Of a stretch of 64,000 nucleotides of DNA, positions 29,296 to 39,295 are shown piece after piece. Source of the stretch: Planctomycetota bacterium (GTDB taxonomy: Bacteria; Planctomycetota; UBA1135; UBA2386). The stretch covers positions 64,001-128,000 of the forward strand of contig OZ245006.1 in NCBI GenBank assembly GCA_965223545.1, written 5' to 3'. Made by a program: the position numbers and the translations under genes. Position 1 is the first letter of the stretch. Every line of letters begins with the position of its first letter. Below the pieces are notes generated by a model. The model ran no database searches. It saw nothing but the letters and a program-made list of their open reading frames with translations, and was not told the DNA's origin.

Positions 29296-30956
29296 GCACG
29301 GAAGCCACCGACTTCATCCGCCAGCGCATCCGCAAAGACCTCGCCGAGGGCAAGAACGGCGGCCGGGTGCACACGCGGTTTCCGCCCGAGCCCAACGGCT
29401 ACCTGCACATTGGCCACGCCAAGGCGATCTGCCTCAACTTCGGCATCGCCGAGGAGTTCGGCGGCAAGTGCAACCTCCGGCTGGACGACACCAACCCGAC
29501 CGTCGAGAACGTCGAGTTCGTCGAGGCGATCAAGGACGACATCCGCTGGCTCGGGTTTCAGTGGGACGGCGAGGTGTTGTACGCCTCGGACTACTTCGAC
29601 CAGCTGTACGAGTGGGCCGAGGCGCTGGTGCGCAAGGGGCTGGCCTACGTCGACGACCAGAGCCCCGAGCAGATCCGCGAGAGCCGCGGCACCATCACGA
29701 CTCCCGGCACCGACAGCCCGCACCGCGACCGCAGCGTCGAGGAGAACCTCGACTTGCTGGCCCGCATGCGCGCCGGCGAGTTCGCCGAGGGCGCCTGCGT
29801 GCTGCGCGCCAAGATCGACATGGCGCACGCGAATCTCAATCTGCGCGATCCAGTGATGTACCGCATCGTCGTGGCCGACCACCACCGCACCGGAGACCGG
29901 TGGTGCATCTACCCGATGTACGACTGGGCACACGGTCAGAGCGACTCGATCGAGGGCATCACCCACTCGCTCTGCACCCTCGAGTTCGAGCACCACCGCC
30001 CGCTGTACGACTGGTTTGTCGCGCAGCTCGAGATCCACCCGCCGCAGCAGATCGAGTTCTCCAAGCTGATGTTCACCCACATGATCGTCAGCAAGCGCAA
30101 CCTGCGCCGGCTGGTCGAGGAGGGCCACGTCACCGGCTGGGACGATCCGCGCGTGCCGACTCTGCGCGGGCTGCGCCGGCGCGGCTACCCACCCGCGGCA
30201 TTGCGCAAGCTGTGCGCCCACGTCGGCATCACCAAGTACGACGGCGTGCAGGAGATCGCGCTGCTGGAGAGCTTCGTGCGGGACGAGCTCAACCGGGTCG
30301 CCGAGCGCCGCCTGGGCGTGCTGCGCCCGCTGAAGGTCGTGATCGAGAACTACCCGGCCGACCAGGTGGAAGAGCTCGAGGCGATCAACAACCCCGAAGA
30401 CGAGAGCGCGGGCACGCGGCAGCTGCCGTTTGGGCGCGAGCTCTACATCGACCGCGACGACTTTCGGCTCGAGGCGCCGAGGAAGTACTTCCGGCTGAAG
30501 CCGGGCGCCGAGGTGCGCTTGCGCTACGCGTACTTCATCCGCTGCGTCGACGTGGTGATGGAGGGCGACGAGGTCGTCGAGCTGCGCTGCACGTACGACC
30601 CGGAGACCCGCGGTGGGCAGTCACCCGATGGCCGCAAGGTCAAGGGCACGATCCACTGGGTCTCCGCCGCCCACGCCGTCGATGCGGAGGTGCGGCTCTA
30701 CGATCACCTGTTCGCGGTCCCGGACCCCGGGGTTGCCGACGACTTCGTCGAGCACCTCAATCCCGAGTCGCTGCAGGTGCTGCGCGGCTGCAAACTCGAG
30801 CCTTCGCTGGCCCGGGCCGCGGTGGGGGAGTTCTATCAGTTCGAGCGGCAGGGCTACTTCTGCCTCGACCGCGACGCACGCCCGGACGCGTTGGTGTTCA
30901 ACCGCACAGTCGGCCTGCGAGACTCGTGGGCCAAGATCGAGAAGAAGGGGGGCTGA
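29292..30956 (+). CDS. glnS: Glutamine--tRNA ligase
   Basis: [72 protein letters not shown]. Confidence 0.97.
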   Translation: MSTEATDFIRQRIRKDLAEGKNGGRVHTRFPPEPNGYLHIGHAKAICLNFGIAEEFGGKCNLRLDDTNPTVENVEFVEAIKDDIRWLGFQWDGEVLYASDYFDQLYEWAEALVRKGLAYVDDQSPEQIRESRGTITTPGTDSPHRDRSVEENLDLLARMRAGEFAEGACVLRAKIDMAHANLNLRDPVMYRIVVADHHRTGDRWCIYPMYDWAHGQSDSIEGITHSLCTLEFEHHRPLYDWFVAQLEIHPPQQIEFSKLMFTHMIVSKRNLRRLVEEGHVTGWDDPRVPTLRGLRRRGYPPAALRKLCAHVGITKYDGVQEIALLESFVRDELNRVAERRLGVLRPLKVVIENYPADQVEELEAINNPEDESAGTRQLPFGRELYIDRDDFRLEAPRKYFRLKPGAEVRLRYAYFIRCVDVVMEGDEVVELRCTYDPETRGGQSPDGRKVKGTIHWVSAAHAVDAEVRLYDHLFAVPDPGVADDFVEHLNPESLQVLRGCKLEPSLARAAVGEFYQFERQGYFCLDRDARPDALVFNRTVGLRDSWAKIEKKGG

Positions 30957-30968
30957 GACCGCCTCGAG

Positions 30969-31763
30969 TCAGCGCCCGCGGTAGTCGGCGTAGGAGCGCT
31001 CGAACGCGCGGTCGAAGGCCGTCGCGCTCTCGAGATCACCGGTGCGGAAGGCGTGCACCCGGGCGCCGTCCAAGTAGTCGAACCGGGTGACCGGCCGCAG
31101 GCAGGCGAACACGAGTCCGCAGAATGCCGCGAGCCACGCGGCGCGGACGGCGCGGTCCGGCCCCTCGCGCGCCGGCCGCAGAAACCAGAACACCACCGCG
31201 AAGCCGGCGATCAAACCGCCGATGTGGGCGGAGTTGCTGACCATGGGCAGCAGCCAACCGATCGCCAGGTTGGCGACGATCAGCATCACCAGCTGGCGCG
31301 ACCCCACCGAGCTCCAGAAATCGAGCAGGTGGCGACCGGCGCGCATGTTGAGCGCCAGCGCCGCTCCCATCATGCCGAACAGGGCGCCGGAGCCGCCGAC
31401 CATGGGCACGGTGGGTGGCGTCCACAGGCCGGCGAAGACCGCGCCGCCGATGGCGGCCACGGTGTAGAGCAGCGCGAAGCGCAGACTGCCGAGCGCCTGC
31501 TCCAAGATCGGCCCGAGCATCAGCAGGAAGTACGAGTTGAACAGCAGGTGCAGCAGGCCGCCGTGCAGGAACGCATGCGTCAGCAGGCGCCAGAACTCGC
31601 CCTGCTGCACCGCCGCGCCCAGCATCCAGCCCTTCACCATGTAGACGCTGGCTTCCTGCGTGCGCGCCGCGGTGGACTCGGTGACGAACCCCAGCGTGAT
31701 GTAGGCCAGCAGCACGATGTAGCTCACCGGGGCGCGGTTCGCCGCTTCGAGGACGCCCTTCAT
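30969..31763 (-). CDS. Rhomboid intramembrane serine protease
   Basis: WRLLT..FLHGG..HL.FN, GGSGA.FG, AHIGGL. Confidence 0.92.
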   Translation of the reverse strand: MKGVLEAANRAPVSYIVLLAYITLGFVTESTAARTQEASVYMVKGWMLGAAVQQGEFWRLLTHAFLHGGLLHLLFNSYFLLMLGPILEQALGSLRFALLYTVAAIGGAVFAGLWTPPTVPMVGGSGALFGMMGAALALNMRAGRHLLDFWSSVGSRQLVMLIVANLAIGWLLPMVSNSAHIGGLIAGFAVVFWFLRPAREGPDRAVRAAWLAAFCGLVFACLRPVTRFDYLDGARVHAFRTGDLESATAFDRAFERSYADYRGR

Positions 31764-32554
31764 CCGACGGCTCCTTGGGTGCGCAAGGCCAGCACCGCGC
31801 GGGCGCGCAGCAGGGCGTCTTCGGCGGCAAGCCTGGTGCCGCCGGCCGGTGGCTTCGCCACGCTGCGCAGCGCGTCGGTGGCCTCGCCGTCGCGGGACAA
31901 CCCGCGCAGCGCCTTGGCGCGGTGAAACTGGGCGCGCCGGCTCTCGCCGTACATCCGCTGCTGCTCGTCGAGGATCGCGAGCGCCTCCTGCAGGTGGCCG
32001 GCGCGCTGCAGCGCGATGCCGAGCTCGAGCTTGGCGGCGCCGAACGCGTGCCCCGCGTCGCGCTGCACCGTCGCCGCCAGCTGCGCCGCCGCCAGCTCCG
32101 GCTGGCCGACGTGGAGCAGGGCGAGGCCGAGCTGGTAGCGCGAGGCCGCGTGCTCCGGGTCGAGCTCGACGGCGCGCTGCAGGTGGCTGAGCGCGTCGGG
32201 CGCGCGGCCCAGCTGCCGCAGGATCCGCCCCGCGGTCAGGTGGTCGGCCGCGGTTTCCAAATGCTGCAGGCGGCCCTGCGCCTCGCGCAGGGGGGCGACA
32301 TCGGTCGACATCCGAAGCCGCAACCGCGAGACGGCGAGCCGCAGGCTCGGCAAGAACGGGGGATAGGCGACCATCGCCACGCCGCCGGCCAGGCCGCCGC
32401 CGAGGAGAAGCCACCCCAGGGCACCGCGCCCGGCGATCGCCAGCTGAACCGCCAGCTCCGGTGAGGAGAGGTGCACCAACCACAGGACGACGGGCACCAG
32501 GCCCACCGCCCACAGGACGCCGATGCCAGTCGTGCGCAGGATGGAGGTCGTCAT
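31760..32554 (-). CDS. Membrane-anchored TPR protein
   Basis: Two N-terminal TM helices followed by TPR helices (A..HL.RAVELDP.H). ATGA overlap with the rhomboid gene. Confidence 0.8.
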   Translation of the reverse strand: MTTSILRTTGIGVLWAVGLVPVVLWLVHLSSPELAVQLAIAGRGALGWLLLGGGLAGGVAMVAYPPFLPSLRLAVSRLRLRMSTDVAPLREAQGRLQHLETAADHLTAGRILRQLGRAPDALSHLQRAVELDPEHAASRYQLGLALLHVGQPELAAAQLAATVQRDAGHAFGAAKLELGIALQRAGHLQEALAILDEQQRMYGESRRAQFHRAKALRGLSRDGEATDALRSVAKPPAGGTRLAAEDALLRARAVLALRTQGAVG

Positions 32555-32689
32555 CGAAAATACGCGAGAGTGCTCGACGCAGTGCTGACGATACCGTGCC
32601 GGTGCACCCGCCGGGAGCCATCGCGCACCGAACGTTGCCCATCGATCTTCATGTCGCTCCTGCGGATCCGCCGTACTCGCCACGTCGCG

Positions 32690-33844
32690 ATGCTCGTTCG
32701 GGCCGCGCTCGTCGCGGCAGTGGCGGCACTGCCGGCCGCGGCGCAGGTGCGCGCCGAGCGCCCGGCCGGAGCGTTGTTCGAGCAGGTCGTCGCCGTACTC
32801 GAGGATCGAGAGACCGGTGCCGGTGTCCGCCGCGGTGAGCTGCCGGCCCTGGCAGCGCGCTACCGCGCGGCGGCCCGCCTGAGCGAGCCAGCAGAGGAGC
32901 GCGCGGTCGTGCACGCCATGCTCGCCGAGCTGGGGGTCAGCCATCTCGCGCTGCTGTCCGAGCACAGCTACCGCGCGGTGATGGCGGAGCTCGCCGGCGA
33001 GCTGCAGCCGACGCTGGGATGCGGCATCGCCGTCACCGCCGGGCAGGCCTACGTCACGGCGGTGCTCGAAGGTGGGCCCGCCGAGCGCGCGGGGTTGACC
33101 AACGGCGACCGCGTCCTCGCGCTGGACGGCGTCCCGGTGCTCGAGTCGCCGCGGTTGGACTGGCGCTCTGACGATGCGGCGCTGCCGGGCCCCGCGCTGC
33201 ACGGCGTGCGCGTGCGGGCCGGCGACGTGGTGCAATGGACGGTCGCCGCCCGCCCCGGCGAAGTGCGTCTGGTGCCCGTCGCCGCCGCGCGCTACTCCGC
33301 GTTGCGCGCCGCCGAGGAGAGTGTCGCGGCAATCGACCTGGGCGACGTGCGCATGGGCTACGTCCACCTGTGGTACATGCACGACCGCGGGTTGAGCGCG
33401 CTGCTGCGCCGCGCGCTGCGGGGTGCGCTGGCCCGGTGTGACGTGTTGGTTCTCGACCTGCGCGGCCGCGGCGGCAGCGCTGCAGCCGTATTCGCCGTGC
33501 TGAAGATCCTCGAGCGCGATGGGCGACCGCTGCTCTGCCTGATCGACCGCGGCACTCGCAGCGCCAAGGAGGTCTTGGCGTACGAGGTGCGGCGTCGCGG
33601 CCTCGGCCGACTGGTGGGGGAGCGCACCGCCGGTGCGGTGATCCCCGCCTACTTCACCCGCGTCGGCGACGACGCGGTCCTGATGTATCCGGGCCACGCC
33701 TTGGACGAGTACACCGAGGCGCTGGAGGGCGTTGGCGTCCGTCCCGACTTGATTGCCCCCGGTCGCGGCCCGTACTCCGCCGGCCACGACGCGATCCTGC
33801 GCGCGGCCGTCGACCTGCTGATCGCCGAAGCCGCCACCCGCTGA
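32690..33844 (+). CDS. S41 family (tail-specific/CtpA-like) peptidase with PDZ domain
   Basis: Signal peptide, SH motif, GGPAERAGL..GD.VLALDG, LDLRG.GG, TRSAKE, VGERTAG, EGVGV.PD. Confidence 0.88.
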   Translation: MLVRAALVAAVAALPAAAQVRAERPAGALFEQVVAVLEDRETGAGVRRGELPALAARYRAAARLSEPAEERAVVHAMLAELGVSHLALLSEHSYRAVMAELAGELQPTLGCGIAVTAGQAYVTAVLEGGPAERAGLTNGDRVLALDGVPVLESPRLDWRSDDAALPGPALHGVRVRAGDVVQWTVAARPGEVRLVPVAAARYSALRAAEESVAAIDLGDVRMGYVHLWYMHDRGLSALLRRALRGALARCDVLVLDLRGRGGSAAAVFAVLKILERDGRPLLCLIDRGTRSAKEVLAYEVRRRGLGRLVGERTAGAVIPAYFTRVGDDAVLMYPGHALDEYTEALEGVGVRPDLIAPGRGPYSAGHDAILRAAVDLLIAEAATR

Positions 33845-34061
33845 ACGCGGCCCGCTCCGTCTTTGCGGCCTCGGCCGCGCTGAGACAGCCGGGGCCGAGA
33901 GTCTTCGAGCGGCGACAATGCTATTGAGTCGACGTCGCCGCCATCGCAACGGCGCCGTCGCAGGCTCGGAGAGGGTGCTCCTCCCTGTCGCACGTAGTCG
34001 GCAGTCATGCCGCGCGCGCGAGGTAGGCCGGCTAAGGTGTTGCCCGCGTGTTTAGACGTTC

Positions 34062-36104
34062 TTAGGCCGCCCGCAGGACGAGGTCGACCTCCTGCTCGAG
34101 GACCCACATGTCGCTGTGGGTGCCGGCTTCGCCGCGAACGAACCGCAGTTGGATCTCATCCGTCAGCGCGGTTGGTTGGAACGTGCGGAGCCGCCTCGCC
34201 TCGTCGAACTCGAGGGCGGCAGCATGGCGATCCCCCTCCAAGCCCAGGGCGTGCGCTCGAAGGAGACGCACGGGAAGTGAGAGTGTGGGGGTGGAGACCC
34301 GGTCGAGTGCCTTGCGCGCTTCGGCGTAGCTGCCGCTCTGCAGGCAAGCGAGGGAGAGAGCGGTGTTGAAGTAGTCTCGTTGCGCGGGAAACGGGCATCG
34401 CGTGGCGCCGTCGCGCAACATTCGTAGCGCTTGGGCAAAGCGACCAGAACGCAGAAAGGCCATTCCCTGGATGTGCTGGTAAACCCAATCGTGCTCCGTC
34501 GCGGGAGCTTTGGCTACGGGTGTGAGGATCTCTTCGTATCGACCCATCAGCGCCAGCAAGCCGGCCCGCCCGCTTCTGGCGAACATGTCCTTTGGATGGC
34601 GGCGCATGACCTCGTCGTATGCATCGAGTGCCTCGTCGAGGCGGCCCATCGCCTTGAGGACCTCGGCGCGTCCGGTCTTGGGGACGACCTCGTTCGGGTG
34701 TAGGTGTGCGACCTCGTTGTATGCATCGAGTGCCTCGTCGAGGCGGCCCATCGCCTTGAGGACCTCGGCGCGTCCGGTCTTGGGGACGACCTCGTTCGAG
34801 TGTAGGTGTGCGGCCTCGTTGTATGCATCGAGTGCCTCGTCGAGGCGGCCCATCGCCTTGAGGACCTCGGCGCGGCCGTTCTTGGGGACGACCTCATTCG
34901 GGTGTAGGTGTGCGACCTCGTTGTATGCATCGAGTGCCTCGTCGAGGCGGCCCATCGCCTTGAGGACCTCGGCTCGGCCGTTCTTGGCAAAGACGTCCTC
35001 CGGGTGTAGGTGTGCGACCTCGTTGTATGCATCGAGTGCCTCGTCGAGGCGGCCCATCGTCTTGAGGACCTCGGCTCGGCCGTTCTTGGGGACGACATCG
35101 TTCGGGTGTAGGTGTGTGACCTCGTTGTATGCATCGAGTGCCTCGTCGAGGCGGCCCATCGCCTTGAGGACCTCGGCGCGTCCGGTCTTGGGGACGACAT
35201 CGTTCGGGTGTAGGTGTGCGACCTCGTTGTATGCATCGAGTGCCTCGTCGAGGCTACCCATCGCCTTGAGGACCTCGGCGCGTCCGGTCTTGGCAAAGAC
35301 GTCCTCAGGGTGTAGGTGTGCGACCTCGTTGTATGCATCGAGTGCCTCGTCGAGGCGGCCCATCGCCTTGAGGACCTCGGCTCGGCCGTTCTTGGGGACG
35401 ACATCGTTCGGGTGTAGGTGTGTGACCTCGTTGTATGCATCGAGTGCCTCGTCGAGGCGGCCCATCGCCTTGAGGACCTCGGCGCGTCCGGTCTTGGGGA
35501 CGACATCGTTCGGGTGTAGACGTACGGCCTCTTCGTATGCCTCGAGTGCGTCGTCAAGCCTCTCCTGCTGCAGAAGCGCGTCCGCGTACTGGCTCCACGC
35601 CCATGGATCGGCGGGCGCCTCGTCGATGGCCCGTTGAGCGAAGTTGAGCTGCAGCTCCAGCAGCCCGAGCAGCTTCGCCTCCTTCGCGAGGTCGCACAGC
35701 GATTTGACGAGGAAGGTGGCCCCACCCGCTTGCTGCTGGGATTCGGTGAGCTCCTCGGTGGCTCGCTCGACGAGGTGCCATTGCTCGCGCTTCATGGCGC
35801 GGATGATGAAGATCTTCTGCGTGTCGACACGTCGCTTCTGAAGCTCCCGATCGATGCGTTGGGCCGCGATCGAAGCCCGGCCTCGGGTGTGCCGGACGCG
35901 TTGCTTGGGCTCGCTAGGCTCCTTCGCCGCGTCACGCCGTTCGGGCTTGGTCCTCGATAGCGGTGGCTGGACCGCCGAGGCCCAGCTAAGCAGGGCCTGC
36001 CTCTCCCGTGGTGTGAGATTCTTGGCCTGCTCTTGCACCAGGATGCCGTGGAGGTGCTCATGGATGGGTTCTTCCGCGTGCAGCGCGGACGCCATGAACG
36101 CGAG
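34062..36104 (-). pseudogene. 3' part of an IS-interrupted TPR-repeat gene
   Basis: Reading frame continues from the 5' fragment (37719-38299) once the IS and one TSD copy are removed: ...DSGMLA-FMASALHAEE... Confidence 0.9.
34607..35520 (-). repeat. Nine near-identical 102-bp tandem repeats (34-aa TPR units)
   Basis: HPNDVVPK(T/N)GRAEVLKAMGRLDEALDAYNEV(A/T)HL repeated nine times. Bounds approximate. Confidence 0.95.
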
Positions 36105-37718
36105 GGGTGTGGCTCCGGCATTGAGCGGAGCAGCGTGATCGCACCCGAGATCTGGTGGTCGCAGGCTGGCTCGCCGCAAGTATTTGTGTAGAAGACACTT
36201 GTACAAGCATGCGCCCCTCCCTATCGGATACAGGATGCAACACCAGCGTCCTGGGAGGGGCGCTTCACGAGGGTACGTCCTCGTGAAGGTGCCAGTTGAG
36301 CACAAGGGGCTCGCCGAGTCGATGCAGAGCCTGGTCGACGCAACGGTGGCGGCGGCGGAGTCGAGCCGCGGCGGTCACGCGGTGGACTACGCGGACACGG
36401 AGAGGGCGATCGCCAAGCAGACCGCCGCGGTCGAGCGGGCAGCGCACGCGGAGGTGCTTCGCGCCCTCGACGTCGACGCGCCACGGATCCGGGTCCGAGG
36501 CGCTCTCTACGCCAGTTTCCGGCGCACGCCGGGCACGTACTTCACGATGGCGGGCGAGGTCAAAGTCGAGCGCACCGTCTATCGCCAAGTCGGCGTGCGC
36601 AACGGACCGATCCTCGACCCGATCAAGCTGCGAACCGGTGCCTACGGCCGCGGTTGGCTTCCTCTCACCGCCCAGTGCATGGCGAACGACATTCAGCGCG
36701 GCCCGTCGCGCGATGCGGCGGATGCTGCCCGCCAGACAGGTCGGTTTCCCTATTCGCGGGCCAGCTTCGAGCGCGTCGCGCACCATGTCGGCGAGCACTG
36801 GCTTCGCGAACACGCGGACATCGAGGACATGCTCACGCAGGAGTTCGACGTGCCAGCGGAAGCCGTCGCCATGAGCGTGGCAGTCGACCGCGTGTCCGTG
36901 CCGATGGAAGAGGCCGCGAAGCGTCGGGCGGGCCGACCGCGCAAGGACGCGCCAAAGCGGCCCGTAGACCGGAACTTCCGGATGGCCTACTGCGCAACGA
37001 TCACTTTGCACGACGCCGAAGGGGCGAGCCTGCACACGCTCCGGTACGGGTGCATGCCGGAAAGCGACGTCGACCTGTGGTTCGCTCAGATCGCCGGCGA
37101 GGCGTACAGGCTGTTGCAGAAGAGCCCGGACCTGCGAGTGAAGCTGCTGTCCGACGGTGCCCACGAGATGTGCAACCTGCTCCACACTCACTTCCCCGCC
37201 GCGGTGTTCGGCAACGTCGAGCAAGGCATCGACTTCTGGCACGTGGTCGAGAAGCTGGCGCCGGCCGCCGAGGTGATCTTCGGTGCAGACGGCGCCAAGT
37301 CGGAGTTGCACCGTTGGCGCGTTCGATTGCGCTGCGCGAACAGCGCAGCCGAAGAGATCCGCGCCGAACTGCGCGGTTCCGGCCTCGAGGATACTTGGCG
37401 GGACTCGAAGCGGCCCGTCCATGAGGCCATCACCTATTTCGAAAACCACGCCGAGCGCATGCGGTTCGCCAGATCGCTGCGCCTTGGTCTGCCAATTGGC
37501 AGCGGAGCTGTCGAGGCCACCTGCAAGACACTCGTGGCCGTGCGTATGAAACGCGCCGGATCGCGCTGGAAGTCGACGACCGGCGAACACGTCCTCCGCC
37601 TGCGTGCTCTGCCGCTCAGCGACCGTTGGGATCAAGCGATGCACAAGCTCCACGAAACCCGACGTACCGCCGTGAAGGTGGCCGCATGATCGAGTTGCTC
37701 AATAGCGGATCCACACCC
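36105..37718. mobile_element. Complete ISKra4-family-like insertion sequence (1614 bp)
   Basis: IRs GGGTGTGGCTCCGGCATTGAGC (36105-36126) and GCTCAATAGCGGATCCACACCC (37697-37718), 19/22 match. 8-bp TSD AACGCGAG at 36097-36104 and 37719-37726. Confidence 0.93.
36235..37689 (+). CDS. ISKra4/UPF0236-like DDE transposase
   Basis: T..GEV.VER..YR, VAVDR, LSDGA, IDFWHV.E, YF.NH..RM, LPIGSGAVEATCK.LV..RMKRAGSRW. Confidence 0.9.
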   Translation: MQHQRPGRGASRGYVLVKVPVEHKGLAESMQSLVDATVAAAESSRGGHAVDYADTERAIAKQTAAVERAAHAEVLRALDVDAPRIRVRGALYASFRRTPGTYFTMAGEVKVERTVYRQVGVRNGPILDPIKLRTGAYGRGWLPLTAQCMANDIQRGPSRDAADAARQTGRFPYSRASFERVAHHVGEHWLREHADIEDMLTQEFDVPAEAVAMSVAVDRVSVPMEEAAKRRAGRPRKDAPKRPVDRNFRMAYCATITLHDAEGASLHTLRYGCMPESDVDLWFAQIAGEAYRLLQKSPDLRVKLLSDGAHEMCNLLHTHFPAAVFGNVEQGIDFWHVVEKLAPAAEVIFGADGAKSELHRWRVRLRCANSAAEEIRAELRGSGLEDTWRDSKRPVHEAITYFENHAERMRFARSLRLGLPIGSGAVEATCKTLVAVRMKRAGSRWKSTTGEHVLRLRALPLSDRWDQAMHKLHETRRTAVKVAA

Positions 37719-38299
37719 AACGCGAGCATCCCGGAGTCTACGGCGGCGCGGTGTAGCCGGGCTCGGCTCGCTTCGTCACCCACGATAGATGCCTGCAACG
37801 ACCTCCAAGCTAGAGTCACTCGCTGGACCATCTCCTGGCAAGCCACGAGCTCGTCGAGAAGGTCTCTCGACCGCGTCGCATTTGCTTCTGCAACGAAAGC
37901 GGGCAGCTCGGCTGGCCGCCTGGCGTGCGGCAGGGGCGCGGCGAGCAAGAGGTTGGTGACACGGTCGAACAGCATCGGATCGTCGAGCAGCTCCTCGAGC
38001 GCGTCGAGTGCGTCGAGCCGGACGTCGTCGGAGTAGGCTCCGTCGAGAACGATCGACACCATGTGGAGCGCGCCGTGGATGTCGTGCTCGCGCTCGAGCT
38101 CGCGGGCGACCTCCTCTGGCTGGCCTGTCGACAGCACGCGGATGTCGCTGGTGGCCTCGAGTAACCCCGGCAGTAGGTGGGGCAAATCGGCGAGCGTCCG
38201 GGGCACCGCGCGGTCCGAGGCGCCAGCGTGGAGGCTTACGACGCGCTCGCCGTCGACCAGCACCGCAACGCCGTCCCGTCCGGAGAGCAGAGCCTGCAT
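37719..38299 (-). pseudogene. 5' part of the IS-interrupted TPR-repeat gene
   Basis: Starts MQALLSGRDG at ATG 38299, overlapping the upstream stop (TGATG), and runs into the IS at the TSD. Confidence 0.88.
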
Positions 38300-39153
38300 C
38301 AGCGAACCTCCATCTCGACGCCCCAGCGATCGAGATCCTCTCGCAACGCGCGCAGGCCGATGCGCTCCCATTTCTTCATCCTGGCGCGGGTGGCGACTAC
38401 CTTGGATACAGTGTGGACGGTCATCGGGCCCCAGACGTGAACCTCGATGAACTCATCCTCTGACGTATCGGTACCCTGCCGGAGGAGGAGTCTAGCATAT
38501 CGCCCCAGGTCCGGTGGATCCTTGACTCCGGAGGCCAGTTTGGCAGCCGCTAGCTTGGCCCGGTGTTCCCATGGAGCTCTGAGGCCCACTGGCAGCCGGT
38601 CGCTATCACCCATGCGAACGCCGAGTCGCTCGAGAACCAAGATGCAGTTCGCCTCGAACACCGACGCCCGGTGGGCGACCATGCTCTCGTCTAGCAGGAG
38701 GGAACACGGTCCGTAGTTGGTCAGCCCTTCGCTGGTGAGCGTGAGCGCGCCGAAGCGGATCTCCTCTCTGTAGCCGGGGAAAATGGCCTCCTCGACGACC
38801 CGGCGCAGTACGTCCCAACGGCTACCCTCTTCGAGCTGCAGTTCCGCATCGAGAAGCTTGTAGAACGTCGGATATACCGCCCGATCAGTTGCGGCGAGCT
38901 CTAGCACCCTGTTGACGCTGCGGCACATGACTACCTTCGCGGTCCTCACGCTGGTTATGAACGCGTCCAGTGCCGCCGAGGCTCCTCGCGCGGCCGCTTC
39001 GTCGCACGCACGCCGGTAGCGGTCTTCCAGCGCGGCGGCTTCGTTGGCGTGCTTGGCGGAGTTGACATTCGGGTAGAGGGCCGGCCGGGCGCAATGGGGG
39101 CACAGGTGGGCGCTGGGAGGGACGTCGAATCCGCAGAGCCGGCACGATTGCAT
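38299..39153 (-). CDS. Zinc-ribbon + DUF3626-like protein (possible ADP-ribosyltransferase-like fold)
   Basis: N-terminal CRLC...CPHC. R...EEAIFPGY....FGAL....GL.NYG.C.L.L....V.HRAS and EDEFIEVHVWGP resemble DUF3626 motifs as recalled; not searched. Confidence 0.7.
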   Translation of the reverse strand: MQSCRLCGFDVPPSAHLCPHCARPALYPNVNSAKHANEAAALEDRYRRACDEAAARGASAALDAFITSVRTAKVVMCRSVNRVLELAATDRAVYPTFYKLLDAELQLEEGSRWDVLRRVVEEAIFPGYREEIRFGALTLTSEGLTNYGPCSLLLDESMVAHRASVFEANCILVLERLGVRMGDSDRLPVGLRAPWEHRAKLAAAKLASGVKDPPDLGRYARLLLRQGTDTSEDEFIEVHVWGPMTVHTVSKVVATRARMKKWERIGLRALREDLDRWGVEMEVR

Positions 39154-39295
39154 GTGTGGGTTTGGCGTGAGGGAATTTGCCACGACGAGCATCTGGTTAG
39201 ACGCTCCTCGAACTCCAGGGCGTTCAAATCGCGTCCGATCTATCCTAGCAATCACACCAACCAAGCGGGCAGAATGCTGCCCAGGAGGAACTCCG

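Noticed and set aside
34607..35520. CRISPR array
   Set aside because: The units are contiguous 102-bp coding repeats without unique spacers, and no cas genes are present.
36105..36146. Mini-element formed by GGGTGTGGCTC...GATCGCACCC at the IS left end
   Set aside because: Short imperfect match with no TSD of its own, more likely an internal subterminal repeat.
34030..39205. Integron cassette/attC sites (GTTAGAC near 39195, GTTTAGAC near 34050)
   Set aside because: No complete R''-L''-L'-R' palindrome and no integrase. The 39195 motif may instead be the IS3 end.
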